Origin: Eledone cirrhosa
Lineage: Eukaryota
Direction: 5' to 3'
NCBI GenBank assembly: GCA_964016885.1
Contig: OZ024756.1
Location: 3,286,001 to 3,350,000 of the forward strand
Length of the DNA: 64,000 nucleotides
Shown here piece by piece: positions 1 through 14,714 of the stretch. Numbering within the stretch: the stretch's first letter is position 1; every line of letters starts with the position of its first letter. The notes below the pieces were generated by a model. It saw only the letters and a program-made list of their open reading frames with translations, was not told the origin of the DNA and searched no databases. Made by a program: the position numbers and the translations under genes.

Positions 1-666
1 TGTGTGTGTGTGTGTCTGTTTCTCTGTGTTTCGGTGTGTGTGTGAGTGTTTGTCTATTTGTTTGCTTCTCTGTGTGTGTATTTGTTTGTTTCTGTGTGTG
101 TGTATGAGTGTGTATTTGTTTGAGTGTGTGTGTGTGTGTATATTTGTGTGTCTGTGAGTGTGTATTTGTTTGTGTGTGTGTGTGTGTCTGTGAGTGTATT
201 GTGTGTCTGTGTGTCTGTGTGTGTGTATTTGTGTGTGTATGTATATTTGTTTATTTCTATGTGTGCGTGTGTGACTATGTGTGTATTCGTTTGTGTTTCT
301 GTGTGTGTGAGAGTGTGTGTGTGTGTGTGTTTGTATGTGTGTGTGCATTTGTTTATGTGTGTGTGTGTGAGTGTGTATTTGTTTGTGTGTGAGTGTGTGT
401 GTGTGTTTATGTCCGTGTGTGTGTGTGTATGTGCATGTGTGTGTGTAGATATACGTGTGTAGTATATATGTATGTATGCAATATATGTGTACGGATGTGT
501 GTATATATGTATGTATGCAATATATGTGTACGGATGTGTGTATATATGTACGTATGAGGTATTATACTAACGTATGTGTACATATGTACGTATGTATATA
601 TATATATAGTATGTAGTATGTATGTAGTATGTGATATATGTAGTATGTGTATATACGTACGTACGG

Positions 667-713
<47 letters not shown>

Positions 714-1063
714 TGTGAATATACGTACGTATGTGTATATATATGTACGTATGTGGTACATATATGTACGTATGTGGTATATGTGTATATATATATGTTT
801 GTGTGTCTGTATGCGTGTTTATGTGTTATGTATGTGATATGTACGTATGTGGTATATTTGTAACTATGTGTATATATATATATATGTTTGTGTGTGTGTA
901 TCCGTGTTTATGTGTTATGTATGTGGTGTATATATATGTACGTATGTGGTATATCTGTAAGTATGTGTATATATGCGCTTGTGTGCATGTGTATGTGTGT
1001 TTATGCGTTATTGTTTGTCCGTGTTTCTAGTATGTTCAGTATTATTGTTTATGACGTAACCAG

Positions 1064-1170
1064 ATGTTTCGGACCTAACATTCCGTCACGGGGAAATCGA
1101 TGAAATGAAGACTAAAATTAATCAGCGTATTGGGAGTCGATACTTTCGACTAAACCATTCAAATCAATAA
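1064..1170 (+). CDS. Candidate short exon, (D)VSDLTFRHGEIDEMKTKINQRIGSRYFRLNHSNQ*
   Basis: Unique-sequence island after a CAG at 1061-1063 with one protein-like frame. Weak polypyrimidine tract; no recognised homology. Confidence 0.15.
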
Positions 1171-1294
1171 GACAGTTAGGAAAGCATAAATACATACAAA
1201 TATATTTTTAAATACACACACTCACACACACACAAACACACTCACGGATAGATAGATACATACACACACATATATATATATATATGTGTGTGTG

Positions 1295-1342
<48 letters not shown>

Positions 1343-1377
1343 ATATATATAAATATATATATATATATGTGTGTGTG

Positions 1378-1437
<60 letters not shown>

Positions 1438-1483
1438 TCATACATGTATACACATATTGGCAGGCAGGTACAGATAGACAGAC

Positions 1484-1546
<63 letters not shown>

Positions 1547-1739
1547 AAGTAGTGTTTCGTTAAAAGCATGTCTGCTAGAAGACGCCTGTGATTTCCATTA
1601 ACCAATTTTTTCTGCTGTTGCTGTTTTTTGAACTATTTTCGAGTGCAAATATTTCCTCCTCTGTAGAATGGTGGTGAAAACCATAAAGAACTGAGTCTTA
1701 GCCACTTCATATACTATATACTATTGTTGTATTAACTAC

Positions 1740-1809
<70 letters not shown>

Positions 1810-1923
1810 CAATATAAATTCAGCGAGAATAGCATTTCGGCGGGTAGAAAAAGCGAAACGTAACACAAATTCCGAGTCATATATATATATATATATATAT
1901 TTAAGCAACTATATATATAATGT

Positions 1924-1981
<58 letters not shown>

Positions 1982-2122
1982 CATGTATATATATATATAT
2001 CCTATATATATATACATACATATATCTCCCTCTCACTATATATATATATATATATCTTAATATATTCCTTCCATATACTGTACCGATTGTGTTTTTATTT
2101 CTGTATAACTTTTACATATATA

Positions 2123-2158
<36 letters not shown>

Positions 2159-2177
2159 TATATAAATATATATAAAC

Positions 2178-2319
<142 letters not shown>

Positions 2320-2345
2320 TATATACACATATATGTATATTGATA

Positions 2346-2418
<73 letters not shown>

Positions 2419-2715
2419 TGGTGTGTGTTTGTGTGTGCATGAGTGTGTATTTGTGTGGTAAACTGTGTGTGCGTATATATTTATATATACACAGACACGA
2501 ACAAACATCACAGGTTAGCAAACAAAGAATGGTAAATATGACAACGTTTATACTCATTAACATGTAAATATATCTCTATAAATATTTGCTCTACAATTTA
2601 TAGTTCTAAGTAGATTGAGTCCACTTGGGAGGCTGACATCTTTCTATATGTTGGAGTCAATGGCAATATTAACATTTACTAAATATATATAGAAAAGACC
2701 GTCTTTATATATATG

Positions 2716-2747
<32 letters not shown>

Positions 2748-2836
2748 CGGTTTTTATATATTTGATATATATTTATCCTTATCAAGCCCTCTTTGGATTT
2801 TACTCTTCAAATTTATTATTACTATATATATACTAT

Positions 2837-3027
2837 GCGGTGGATTGGCAGTATCGGTAGAGGGTCGGACGCCATGCTTTGGCGCATAGAGTTACGGCCC
2901 TTGCCATTCTGAGTTCAAATCCCACCGATGTTAACTTTGCATTTCATCCTTACGGGGTCGATAAAATAAAGTACCAGTAATGTAGTGGTTAATTTCTGGA
3001 CTTGTGCCAATAGTAGAAACAATTACT
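2837..3027 (+). mobile_element. tRNA-derived SINE family A, near full length
   Basis: A-box-like TGGCAGTATCGG, B-box GAGTTCAAATCCC, central TTTCATCCTTACGGGGTCGATAAAATAAAGTACCAG (resembles the Deu/Nin-type SINE domain), 3' end CTTGTGCCAATAGTAGAAACAATT. About 22 related copies in the window. Confidence 0.9.
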
Positions 3028-3053
3028 ATATATATATATATATATACATAAAT

Positions 3054-3109
<56 letters not shown>

Positions 3110-3352
3110 GTACATAAATACATATATATATATATATATACACATACATAAATACATATATATATATATATATATATATACATACATAAATACATATATA
3201 TATATATATATATATAAAGTAAAAAAGATGATATCGAAAATGCAACTGGAGTCTTATTTAAAAAAAATATATATTTATTTGGTTCCTTTACGGGTTTCTC
3301 AGTTCTTCTGCTTTTCAAAAGAAGAGTTGAGATGGGGGTCTGTGGTTTTTCT

Positions 3353-3394
<42 letters not shown>

Positions 3395-3395
<1 letters not shown>

Positions 3396-3540
3396 CACAC
3401 ACAGAAACAAGATGGCGTAGGACAGTACAAAGGAGAGGCACAAAAACAAAGAAAAGAATCCCCAGTGACTGAAGAGGTCACAAAATGTGTGACGAAAGAA
3501 CCTTGACGATATATAAACAACCATCTGGTTGTGGAACCAA
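3395..3540 (-). mobile_element. Diverged LINE 3'-UTR remnant, similar to 10120-10418
   Basis: Reverse strand reads ...TGGGGATTCTTTTC...TTTGTACTGTCCT..., resembling the 10270-10360 segment. Confidence 0.35.
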
Positions 3541-3714
3541 CCAACCAACCGAAAATTTATAAATTCCTAAATTTATAAATTTATTATAATAAATTGAAGT
3601 GAAACAGCTGGTGCGTGTGTTTCTTATTGGCAACATGACCCTCCCAAAGTATAACAATATTGGTTTCAACACACGTTTTCAGATAAAGAATCTTGCTAAA
3701 CAAATTCAGAAACG

Positions 3715-3783
<69 letters not shown>

Positions 3784-3824
3784 TATATATAAATAAATAT
3801 ATATATAAATAAATATATATATAA

Positions 3825-4196
<372 letters not shown>

Positions 4197-4432
4197 GTAT
4201 ATGTATATATAATTCATAATTTATTAATTTATTGATATTTTATTTGAGTGACCCGAATCTTCCTGGTCATTCTTTTTCGGCTGCACGGGTGATTTTAGGC
4301 ATGTTGTCTATGTGTTGGTATTTTAACGATAGTTATAGCTCTGATTTATCCAAATTATTGAGCCCTCTGCCACACATGTCGGATATTGTTTATCGTGATT
4401 TCGTGGGCTGATATTCCGATTCTCGATTATTC

Positions 4433-4507
<75 letters not shown>

Positions 4508-4734
4508 TATACACATATATATATATAAATTTATATATATATATACGCTAACACCTCAGTGAGAGAATTTGCTCCGTAATCATTAGCCGTGTCCGTTGAA
4601 CCTGCGGATCCAGAATCAGACAGATCCACACAATGATCACGTCTCGAGCTGTCCGCCGAGGAAACAAACACACATTAAATTGAGTTCAGATGCTTCACTG
4701 ATTATATTTATATATTTATATATTTATATATATA

Positions 4735-4869
<135 letters not shown>

Positions 4870-4884
4870 GTATTTATATATATT

Positions 4885-4933
<49 letters not shown>

Positions 4934-5084
4934 TTATATATATATATAGATATATATATATATAAATATAAATTAACGAGAATCGTATTTCAGCTCAGGA
5001 ATTAACGAAAATCAACGTCCGATATGTGTGGCAAGCGCTCGATGATTCATGTGAATCAGAGCTACATATATATATATATATATA

Positions 5085-5165
<81 letters not shown>

Positions 5166-5421
5166 TATTCAAAATGTTAAATGAAAAATATCCACATAAT
5201 TCATTTGTAAACTTTTTGAATAATATCAAAAACTCCAGGAAAACCTACAGTTGAGTGCTTCTAATCTATTGTAATCGTTGAGTAATCAACGAACCATACT
5301 AATCTTTGGTTATATATATATATGTATATATATATATAATAATTCAAGAAAGAAGAGTGACATGGTTCGCTATACAATAAGGGCTTTATTCGATATGCCT
5401 AAAACGATAACCCGTTATCCC

Positions 5422-5458
<37 letters not shown>

Positions 5459-5462
<4 letters not shown>

Positions 5463-5667
5463 AACGAGTAGGACCCCGACGGCCGATCTCAAGCCGTTTC
5501 GACGGCTAATATTTTTTTTTTTATTAGTCCAGAAATAGACGTCGAAACGCCGTAAGCTCTGCCGTCGGGGGTCATACTTCTTCCTATTACCCACTCTACT
5601 ACCCTAAGTATTGAGTACTCTGGTGCGTTATGGTCCATCTGGTTCCTTACCACACTTCCTTCGTTGT
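5459..5667 (+). mobile_element. Family B element with chimeric arms
   Basis: ATAGGAAC...CCCCGACGGC arm, reverse arm, then the roughly 90-bp tail ending CCTTCGTT; in (TA)n. Confidence 0.9.
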
Positions 5668-5752
5668 ATATATATATATAACATCTGTCGAATCCTCTAA
5701 GGATTTCGGTCTTATTGTCATATATATTCATGTGTGTGAGTTTTTTCTGTAT

Positions 5753-5836
<84 letters not shown>

Positions 5837-5921
5837 GAAAGGTATAGAAAACATTGTAGCAAAAGCCAACACTATTCCATAATATATAAGTGACTATAGC
5901 GTCAAAATGGGAAAAATTGTT

Positions 5922-5961
<40 letters not shown>

Positions 5962-6215
5962 AGTATATATATGTATATATATAGCTAATACACCGAACTA
6001 ACCAGGAATGCAAAATTACAGAGTTATATTAGGTTCACATCTGGAGGAAGTGGAGGAGCGTGTGTGTGTATGTGTGTATGTGTGTGTGCGTGTGTGTGTG
6101 TGTGTGTGTCTGTGTGTATTCCTTCTGTAGTTGTTGTTTTTTATGACAGCTGAATGAGTTGGGGGTAAACAACCTACGTATTTAAGGAAGCTTAAATACC
6201 TGTACATTTTACTGT

Positions 6216-6274
<59 letters not shown>

Positions 6275-6515
6275 GCGTGTATGTGTATGTGTGTGTGGGT
6301 GTGTGTGGGTATTTATGATTGTCTTACTTCAACCGCGATTCTCTAATTACACGAGGTTTGAAAGAATCTATTAAAACGTCTACGTTGATTTTTGAATTTT
6401 TTAAAACCAGAATTTGTCGTTTAGTTTACATATTGTGACCCCAACTCATTCTATTTATTTTATAAATTATGGAATTTCTAGTAATGTACTTTTTTAATCA
6501 TGTCTAATGTTTTGT

Positions 6516-7215
6516 TGTGTGTATGTATGTTTGTGTGTATGTATGTTTGTGTGTATATATGTTTGTGTGTATGTATGTTTGTGTGTATATATGTTTGTGT
6601 GTATGTATGTTTGTGTGTATGTATGTTTGTGTGTATATATGTTTGTGTGTATGTATGTTTGTGTGTATGTATGTTTGTGTGTATGTATGTTTGTGTGTAT
6701 GTATGTTTGTGTGTATATATGTTTGTGTGTATGTATGTTTGTGTGTATGTATGTTTGTGTGTATGTATGTTTGTGTGTATGTATGTTTGTGTGTATATAT
6801 GTTTGTGTGTATGTATGTTTGTGTGTATATATGTTTGTGTGTATGTATGTTTGTGTGTATGTATGTTTGTGTGTATGTATGTTTGTGTGTATGTATGTTT
6901 GTGTGTATATATGTTTGTGTGTATGTATGTTTGTGTGTATGTATGTTTGTGTGTATGTATGTTTGTGTGTATGTATGTTTGTGTGTATGTATGTTTGTGT
7001 GTATGTATGTTTGTGTGTATGTATGTTTGTGTGTATGTATGTTTGTGTGTATGTATGTTTGTGTGTATGTATGTTTGTGTGTATGTATGTTTGTGTGTAT
7101 GTATGTTTGTGTGTATGTATGTTTGTGTGTATGTATGTTTGTGTGTATGTATGTTTGTGTGTATATATGTTTGTGTGTATGTATGTTTGTGTGTATGTAT
7201 GTTTGTGTGTATGTA
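6516..7215. repeat. 14-bp minisatellite (GTGTATGTATGTTT)n, about 50 units
   Basis: Regular tandem units with a GTAT/ATAT variant. Confidence 0.97.
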
Positions 7216-7273
7216 TATATCAACGCCGAAGGTGAGCAACATTTAATAAGTCGGATGTTGGGGCTGAACAATT

Positions 7274-7487
7274 AATGGTTTCTTATATAGGCACGAGGCC
7301 AGTAATTTGGGGTGGGGGTGGATTATATCGACCCCAATGCGTGACTGGTACTATATTTTATCGACCCGGTAAGGATGAAAGCCAAAGTTAACCTTGGCGG
7401 CATTTGAACTGACATCGTAAAGGGCCGTAACTCTATGCTGCAAATCGTGGCGTCTGACCCTCTACAAATACCGCCAATCCACCGCCC
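7274..7487 (-). mobile_element. SINE family A, full length (longer subfamily)
   Basis: Reverse complement of the family A consensus, ending ...CCAATCCACCGCC. Confidence 0.9.
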
Positions 7488-7603
7488 TTAATAAGCCGGG
7501 AGGTGGGGGAGATGATTATTTGAGACTAGAGAGTAAGTTACGTTAGTGTTAATTATAAGTATTTTATATTGTAGTTAGTTAACAATAGCTTCGTTCGTTA
7601 CAG

Positions 7604-7670
7604 GTACCAGAAGGATCCTTGGTTCAGTGACATTCTGAAAGTGAAAGTGGAAAGGGAGTATCTACCATAA
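7604..7670 (+). CDS. Candidate exon, (R)YQKDPWFSDILKVKVEREYLP*
   Basis: Acceptor-like TTCGTTCGTTACAG at 7590-7603 and a protein-like frame. Product not recognised. Confidence 0.25.
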
Positions 7671-8413
7671 TACAGAACAAATATCTAGAGGGACATGGCT
7701 GCACAAAGACAGGCAAAAGATACGTATTGTTGGATAATAGAGACGCACATAGAAACACACACACACATATACACACATAGTAACACCAATATATACACCA
7801 CCACCATATATATATATATGTATATGTATATATATATACAGAGAGAGATAGAGAGAGAGGGGGAGAGGGAGAGGGGGAGAGGGAGAGAGAGAGTTATTTC
7901 CACATACTCGAGGACGTGCGTTTCAAACCGTATATGGTTGTACATACACACACACACATATGAACACACACACATATATATATATATATGTATATGTGTG
8001 TGTGTATATACATATATATATTTTTAAAAAATAATAAAATAAGATTGAGGTTACATACATCGTTTAATCATAATAATTATTTCTACGGTTCTCCGTGAAA
8101 TCGAGATGTCCTTCATGCATTTGGTGTTGATTATGAAAATCGATATATTTGATATATCGCTGGCAGGAAAAAACACATCCTAATGCCTGTGCGCCCAGCA
8201 TACATATCTATACATATATATGTAGAGGTTATATTTAATTTGTTGGGATATAACAAGCAAAATATTTTTATAACTGATATAAAGCACCCAACATATAATT
8301 GGAGTAAATACAATATATTCACAAATGGAAACTATATTTATAAAACCATATTTATTTTATTATACATATTTCAAGGGCCATCAAGGCAAATTATGGTGCG
8401 CTAATCTGTATTG

Positions 8414-8479
8414 TATTTTATCTGATGAAAGCGCACCATAATTTGCCTTGATGGCCCTTGAAATATGTATAATAAAATA
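8414..8479 (+). ncRNA. Minimal type I hammerhead ribozyme (family C)
   Basis: Stem I TATTTTAT/ATAAAATA, CTGATGA (8422-8428), stem II AAG..CTT, GAAA, stem III A-T[ATGT]A-T, cleavage triplet AUA. Confidence 0.8.
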
Positions 8480-8598
8480 AATATGGTTTTATAAATATAG
8501 TTTCCATTTGTTAATATATTGTATACATATATATATATATATATAAAATATTTAAAAAATAATGAATAAATCTACCGTAAACTCTTGGTAGATTTATC

Positions 8599-8650
<52 letters not shown>

Positions 8651-8684
8651 ATATTAACAAATGGAAACTATATTTATAAAAACA

Positions 8685-8750
8685 TATTTTGTTATACATA
8701 TTTCAAGGGCCACCAAGGCAGATTATGGTGCGCTTTCATCAGATAAAATA
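8685..8750 (-). ncRNA. Minimal type I hammerhead ribozyme (family C)
   Basis: Reverse strand: TATTTTAT CTGATGA AAGCGCACC...GGCCCTT GAAA TATGTA T A ACAAAATA. Confidence 0.7.
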
Positions 8751-8975
8751 TAAAATACAATACAGATTAGCGCACCATAATTTGCCTTGATGGCCCTTGA
8801 AATATGTATAATAAAATAAATATGGTTTTATAAATATAGTTTCCATTTGTTAATATATTGTATTTACTCCAATTAAATGTTGAGTGCTTTATATCAGTTA
8901 TAAAAATATTTTAAAGCTTGTTATATCCCAACAAATTAAATATAACCTCTGCATATATATATATATATATATATA

Positions 8976-9188
8976 TAGGAACAAGTAAGACCCCGACGGC
9001 TGAGCTCAAGCCGTTTCGACGGCTAATTTTTTTTTTTTTTTTTTTTTTTTAGTCCAGAATTAGCCGTCGAAATGGCTTGAGCTCAGCCGTCGGGTTCTTA
9101 CTCGTTCCTATTACCCACTCTACTACCCTAAGTATTAAGTACTTTGGTGCGTTATGTTCCACCTGGTCCCTTACCACTTTTCCTTCGT

Positions 9189-9190
<2 letters not shown>
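8976..9190 (+). mobile_element. Family B element with a poly-T loop
   Basis: Inverted arms around a T-run, plus the conserved tail; in (TA)n. Confidence 0.9.
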
Positions 9191-9220
<30 letters not shown>

Positions 9221-9538
9221 TGCGTAATCATGATATCGTACATATATATATTTATTTGAAATTGTTGACTCACAAGCTGATACACAATATATATATACAT
9301 AGGTATGTACGCGCGTGCGTGTGTGTGTGTAGTTGTGTGAGTGTGTGTGTGGGGAGGGAGGGGGCGTGTAGGGGGGGGGGGGTGGGGGGGGGGGGGGGGG
9401 TAGTACCTGTTATTCTATATCCATATTAATTAGAAATGCGTGAATGCATACATGCATGTCTCTGGTTTACACGAAAATTATACACCTATTTTCAACGCTC
9501 TTTACACAATGTTAATTACGATATATATATACATACAA

Positions 9539-9639
<101 letters not shown>

Positions 9640-9699
9640 CAAATAACGAAACGAAATTAAATTTCGTTTCGTTTGTAACTCACTTTTGTATGACTTAAT

Positions 9700-9732
<33 letters not shown>

Positions 9733-9994
9733 ATTTATATATATGTGTGTGTTTATAAATATATATATATATATATATGATGGCTGCTCCCTTGTTATCG
9801 AGTATGGCCATCCATATATATGTATATATATATATATACATACATACATATATTTATTTATATATATATATATACATATATATACAGTATATACATATAC
9901 GTATGTATATATATATATATATATATATATACGTATGTATATATATATATATATATATACATATATATACAGTATATACATATACGTATGTATA

Positions 9995-10024
<30 letters not shown>

Positions 10025-10033
<9 letters not shown>

Positions 10034-10115
10034 TAAAATAACAGATAGAAGTTGATATATATTTATCCTTATCGAGCCCTCTTTGGATTTTAGTCTTCAA
10101 ATTTATTATTATTAC
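10025..10115. mobile_element. Family E short element; mirror copy at 10480-10570
   Basis: AAATAACAGATAGAAG...CCTTATCGAGCCCTCTTTGGATTTTAGTCTTC; its reverse complement is at 10480-10570. Confidence 0.75.
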
Positions 10116-10119
10116 TATA

Positions 10120-10418
10120 TATATATACCCGAGTGAATGGGCCTACTCTGAGTATATATCTGTAAATTAAAGGTGGAAAACTGGGAGAGGGCACTTGCCT
10201 TGGTGGTCAGGGTCATTGTGGCCTTTTACTGGGCTTTCTCCACAAATGTCCCTCCGAAGTCTCCCCCCTATTGGGGAATTTTTCATTGTTATTTTTTGTT
10301 ACATCCTCTGTTTTTGTTTTTTACACGCAGAAATGCCCATTTGTACCGTCCTGTATTGTCCTGCACTGTCCTTAATGTCTACTTTATGTAAACCCTTGTG
10401 GTTAATAAAGAAATCATT
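10120..10418 (+). mobile_element. LINE 3' end (L1/Tx1-like by architecture)
   Basis: Pyrimidine-rich UTR ending CCCTTGTGGTTAATAAAGAAAT plus a simple-repeat tail; the same terminus occurs at 46680 and 46803. Clade assignment is inference. Confidence 0.5.
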
Positions 10419-10439
10419 ATTACTATATATATATATTAC

Positions 10440-10480
<41 letters not shown>

Positions 10481-10562
10481 GTAATAATAATAAATGTGAA
10501 GACTAAAATCCAAAGAGGGCTCGATAAGGATAAATATATATCAACTTCTATCTGTTATTTTA

Positions 10563-10675
<113 letters not shown>

Positions 10676-10859
10676 AAAGTAAATAGATATACTTTCTTTC
10701 ATTTCAAGATATCTAGTATTTACATATATACGGAGTTTGAAACGATATATTATTGCATTCCCACATTTTAACATAACATTAGACATAGCTACATAACAAC
10801 ATACTACAGAACACGGTAAGGCTTTTAACTAGATGATGTTTATGGCTGGGTAGACACAT

Positions 10860-11220
10860 ACACAAACACACCTACAGACAGACACACACACACACACACA
10901 CGTACACACACGTACACAAACACAGACACACAGAGACAAACATACAGACAGACACACCACACGTACACACACGTACACAAACACAGACACACAGAGACAA
11001 ACATACAGACAGACACACACACGTACACACACGTACACAAACACAGACACACAGAGACAAACATACAGACACACCCACACACGTACACACACGTACACAA
11101 ACAGGACACACACAGACAGACAAACATACAGACACACACACGTACACAGACACAAACTCAAACACACTCAGACGCGGACAAACAGACAGAGACACACGCA
11201 CGTACACAAACACACACTGA
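10860..11220. repeat. CA-rich higher-order tandem repeat (about 56-60 bp unit)
   Basis: Recurring ACGTACACACACGTACACAAACACAGACACACAGAGACAAACATACAGAC. Confidence 0.85.
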
Positions 11221-11462
11221 CACCACAAACACACACATACACGCTCATGTACACACACACATGTACACACATCGGTAGGTAAATACTCACACGCTCACAT
11301 ATATAAGGAATATATCGTGTAATTTCGTTAATTAATGCATTGAGTATCTGGCAGAGGTCGCCTTCCCGTTCCACCCGGAAAAGCATTCTCACTCCTTCCT
11401 TCCTTATATATGTGTGTGTGTGTGTTTGTGTTTGTGTTTGTGTGTGTGTGTGTTTAGTAAAA

Positions 11463-11680
11463 GGCGCGTGGTTGGGTGGTAAGAGAATTGGATTCGCAAC
11501 CGTGAGGCTGTGAGTTCGATTCCCGGACCGGGCGATGCGTTATGTCCTTGAGCAAGACACTTTACTTCTCGTTGCTCCTTCTACCTGGAGTTGCGACCGA
11601 TAGACAGTATTAGCAATTGGAAAGACCAATGGAAACACTGTTTCCTCGGTTCGAATTGACGAAAGTCGATCGACTGTCAA
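11463..11680 (+). mobile_element. tRNA-derived CORE-type SINE
   Basis: B-box GAGTTCGATTCCC, CORE-like TGTCCTTGAGCAAGACACTTTAC, (GT)n tail; second copy at 18885-19094. Confidence 0.85.
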
Positions 11681-11688
11681 ATGTGTGT

Positions 11689-11745
<57 letters not shown>

Positions 11746-11855
11746 TGTGTGTGTAAAAGGTAAGCAGATATAACAACACAATCCGTACAGTATATTGAAG
11801 GAATATATTAGGTCAACGCTTGAAATAGCAGGAAGAGGGTTTCGGACGCTAGTGC

Positions 11856-11917
<62 letters not shown>

Positions 11918-12073
11918 GCCGATCGCTATATTTGATTTGCTAAGCTGTCCTAAACGTATTGTTATTACTCTGGGGTACTATTCCCATTCGAGTGCTAAAG
12001 CTACAGACCGATTGTGCATTCGTTAGCTTGGCCGCAAACTAAGGGTTCGTTAATGCTGTACTAAAAATGTGTA

Positions 12074-12112
<39 letters not shown>

Positions 12113-12225
12113 ATATACATACAGAGAGAAAGAGGGAGAGATAGATGAAAGTATTTGCGTGTGTGTGTGTGTGCATATGTTGTTAAACTGCAAACGAAAA
12201 TGAAAGATCCGGGGTACACACACAC

Positions 12226-12314
<89 letters not shown>

Positions 12315-12386
12315 CACACACAAACACATACTCGCACGCATATATATATGTGTGTGAGTGTATAATTAAACGTACAATACATGTGT

Positions 12387-12437
<51 letters not shown>

Positions 12438-12495
12438 CACATAAATACCTATTTGTATGTGTATATAATATATATATATATATATATATATTTAA

Positions 12496-12726
12496 CCCTT
12501 TAATGTTCAAACCGGCCCAAACAGGCCAGAATTCTCTACCTCTTTCTGTTGAAGACCGGCTGTAACTGGTCGCTCAAACTGATGTTAAGGTATTGTTCTC
12601 AAAATAAATAAATAAATACTTTTAAAATCTCATAGATTCGATATTATGTGAGGTAATTATGCGAGATAAAGCCTTTACCATGAACATATAATCGTATATA
12701 TATAAAGTAGTGTAAATGCTAAAGGG
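12496..12726. mobile_element. piggyBac-like MITE
   Basis: TTAA|CCCTTTA ... TAAAGGG|TTAA, i.e. TTAA target duplication and CCCTT termini. Confidence 0.85.
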
Positions 12727-12878
12727 TTAAATGAATATGTATATATATTTATTTACACACACATTACACACATTATAAATAGAACTCACACACATACACG
12801 AACAGAGCAACATATCTACACATACACTAATTAAGCAGGAATTGAGAAGATGGTATTGTGTGAATTTTCAATAAATAC

Positions 12879-12944
12879 CTTCCCTGCTGAAGCCATCTTG
12901 CTCCCATAGAGCAACGGTGATAACGTATATTCCACGAGCGAGGA
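12879..12944 (-). CDS. Candidate 66-nt exon, (V)LARGIYVITVALWEQDGFSRE(G)
   Basis: TCAG acceptor and AAG|GTATTT donor on the minus strand, symmetric phase 1, protein-like frame. Confidence 0.2.
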
Positions 12945-13051
12945 CTGACTAATAGTTAAAATAGATGTGACAAGTAGTAAACAGCTTGGAGTGAAACACC
13001 GCACACGCTGCTTCACGTGCGCCTACTTACGTATATACACACCCACACATA

Positions 13052-13092
<41 letters not shown>

Positions 13093-13249
13093 CGTGCCTT
13101 TGCGATCTTAGTTCAAAATCCCGCCGAGGTTATCTTTGCCTTTCATCCTTACGGGGTCGACAAAATAAAGTACCAGTAATGTACTGGGTATATGGCCTTG
13201 TGCCAAAAGTAGAAACAATTATATTATATTACACTATATTAAATAGATA

Positions 13250-13294
<45 letters not shown>

Positions 13295-13436
13295 TTATAT
13301 TATATTATATTATATTATATATATATATATGTTTATATATATAGTAATAATAATAAATTTGAAGACTAAAATCCAAAGAGGGTTCTTTAAGGGTGAAAGC
13401 AGCGATTCTTTGCTTAAACTTTAATCTGTTATTTTA

Positions 13437-13484
<48 letters not shown>

Positions 13485-13487
<3 letters not shown>

Positions 13488-13702
13488 AACGAGTAGGACA
13501 CCCCGACGGCTTGAGCTGAAGCCGTTTCGACGGCTAATTCTGTCCAGAATTAGCCGTCTAATTCTGTCCAGAATTAGCCGTCGAAACGGCCTGAGCTCAG
13601 CCGTCGGGGTCCTACTCGTTCCTATTACCCACTCTACTACCCTAAGTATTGAGTACTTTTGGTGCGTTATGGTCCACCAGGTTCCTTACCACATTTCCTT
13701 CG
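13485..13702 (+). mobile_element. Family B element with a duplicated loop segment
   Basis: Arms plus tandem AATTCTGTCCAGAATTAGCCGTC, plus tail. Confidence 0.9.
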
Positions 13703-13720
13703 ATATATATATATATATAT

Positions 13721-14062
13721 TCCTCAGCATTCTCGTGTTGCACCCATCCCACCATCTGAGTGAGTTTCTTTGTCAGTGTCTAAGTCGCAGACCCGTACAG
13801 CAGCACAGGCTCCACTAGAGCAATGAAGAGGCGGGATTTTCAGGTCTTTACGAAGGTCCGACCTCCACACCGATCTCAAGCGGTGGCACGCCACCCAGAC
13901 CTTGCTCTTCCTCTCAACCACATCATCTTCCGTATTCCCAATCTTTGCTCCCAAATACGTTCTCAGCCCCACACTCATCGACACAGTCTCAACCTCCTGC
14001 ATCAAATCCTCTGCCTCCTTCATTGTATTTGTCACCAAAACTATGTCGTCGGCAAATTCAGA
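13721..14062 (-). pseudogene. RTE-clade LINE reverse-transcriptase fragment (inverted 5' part)
   Basis: EFADDIVLVTNTMKEAEDLMQEVETVSMSVGL...TYLGAKI...RLRSVWRSDLRKDLKI: RT catalytic FADD and YLG motifs; internal deletion and frameshift. Confidence 0.88.
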
Positions 14063-14436
14063 TGGTGGATGGGTGCTACACGAGAATGGTTAGGATGGCT
14101 CTGAACATTAATCAGTAAACACTGAGGATGAAAAACTAAGAGCTGTATGGGAGCCTCCCAAAAGTCAGTTCAAAAGTGACACAGAGGAGACTGAGGTTAG
14201 CTGGACATGCTCACGACATCCAGAGTTGACATTAGCACTCAATGCTCCCTGTGGGAGCCCCTGCATGGACACACTGGAAGGGGAAGACGAAGGTTAACGT
14301 ATGTTGATGCCCTAAGGACAGACACTGGTCTGTTGGAGACGCAGGACATTGGAGACGCAGGACATGGCAGCGATAATGAGGGACAGAGACCGCTGGAGAG
14401 AACTCGTCCATAGATCTTGGAATTTTACCCGCCCTA
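14059..14436 (+). pseudogene. RTE-clade LINE C-terminal/3' fragment
   Basis: DGCYTRMVRMALN...LYGSLPKVSSKVTQRRLRLAGH...LWEPLHGHTGRGRRRLTYVDAL, typical of the RTE ORF C-terminus, with stops. Confidence 0.85.
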
Positions 14437-14437
14437 G

Positions 14438-14509
<72 letters not shown>

Positions 14510-14674
14510 ATATATATATATATATTATATATTATATATTATATAGTATAATAATGTGAAGACTAGATCCGAAGGGGGTTCAACAAGGATTATATATATA
14601 TATATATATATATAAGAATCAGTATATATATATATATATATATTAGTATCAGTATATATATATATTAGTATCAG

Positions 14675-14714
<40 letters not shown>

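Larger units (their letters stand above)
8220..8952. mobile_element. Two family C fold-back elements (8220-8522, 8645-8952) arranged as an inverted pair
   Basis: Both share the junction TTATGGTGCG|CTAATCTGTA in opposite orientations. Each contains a hammerhead. Confidence 0.85.

Noticed and set aside
2837-2925. tRNA gene
   Set aside because: A and B boxes belong to a multi-copy SINE head; no cloverleaf or terminator.
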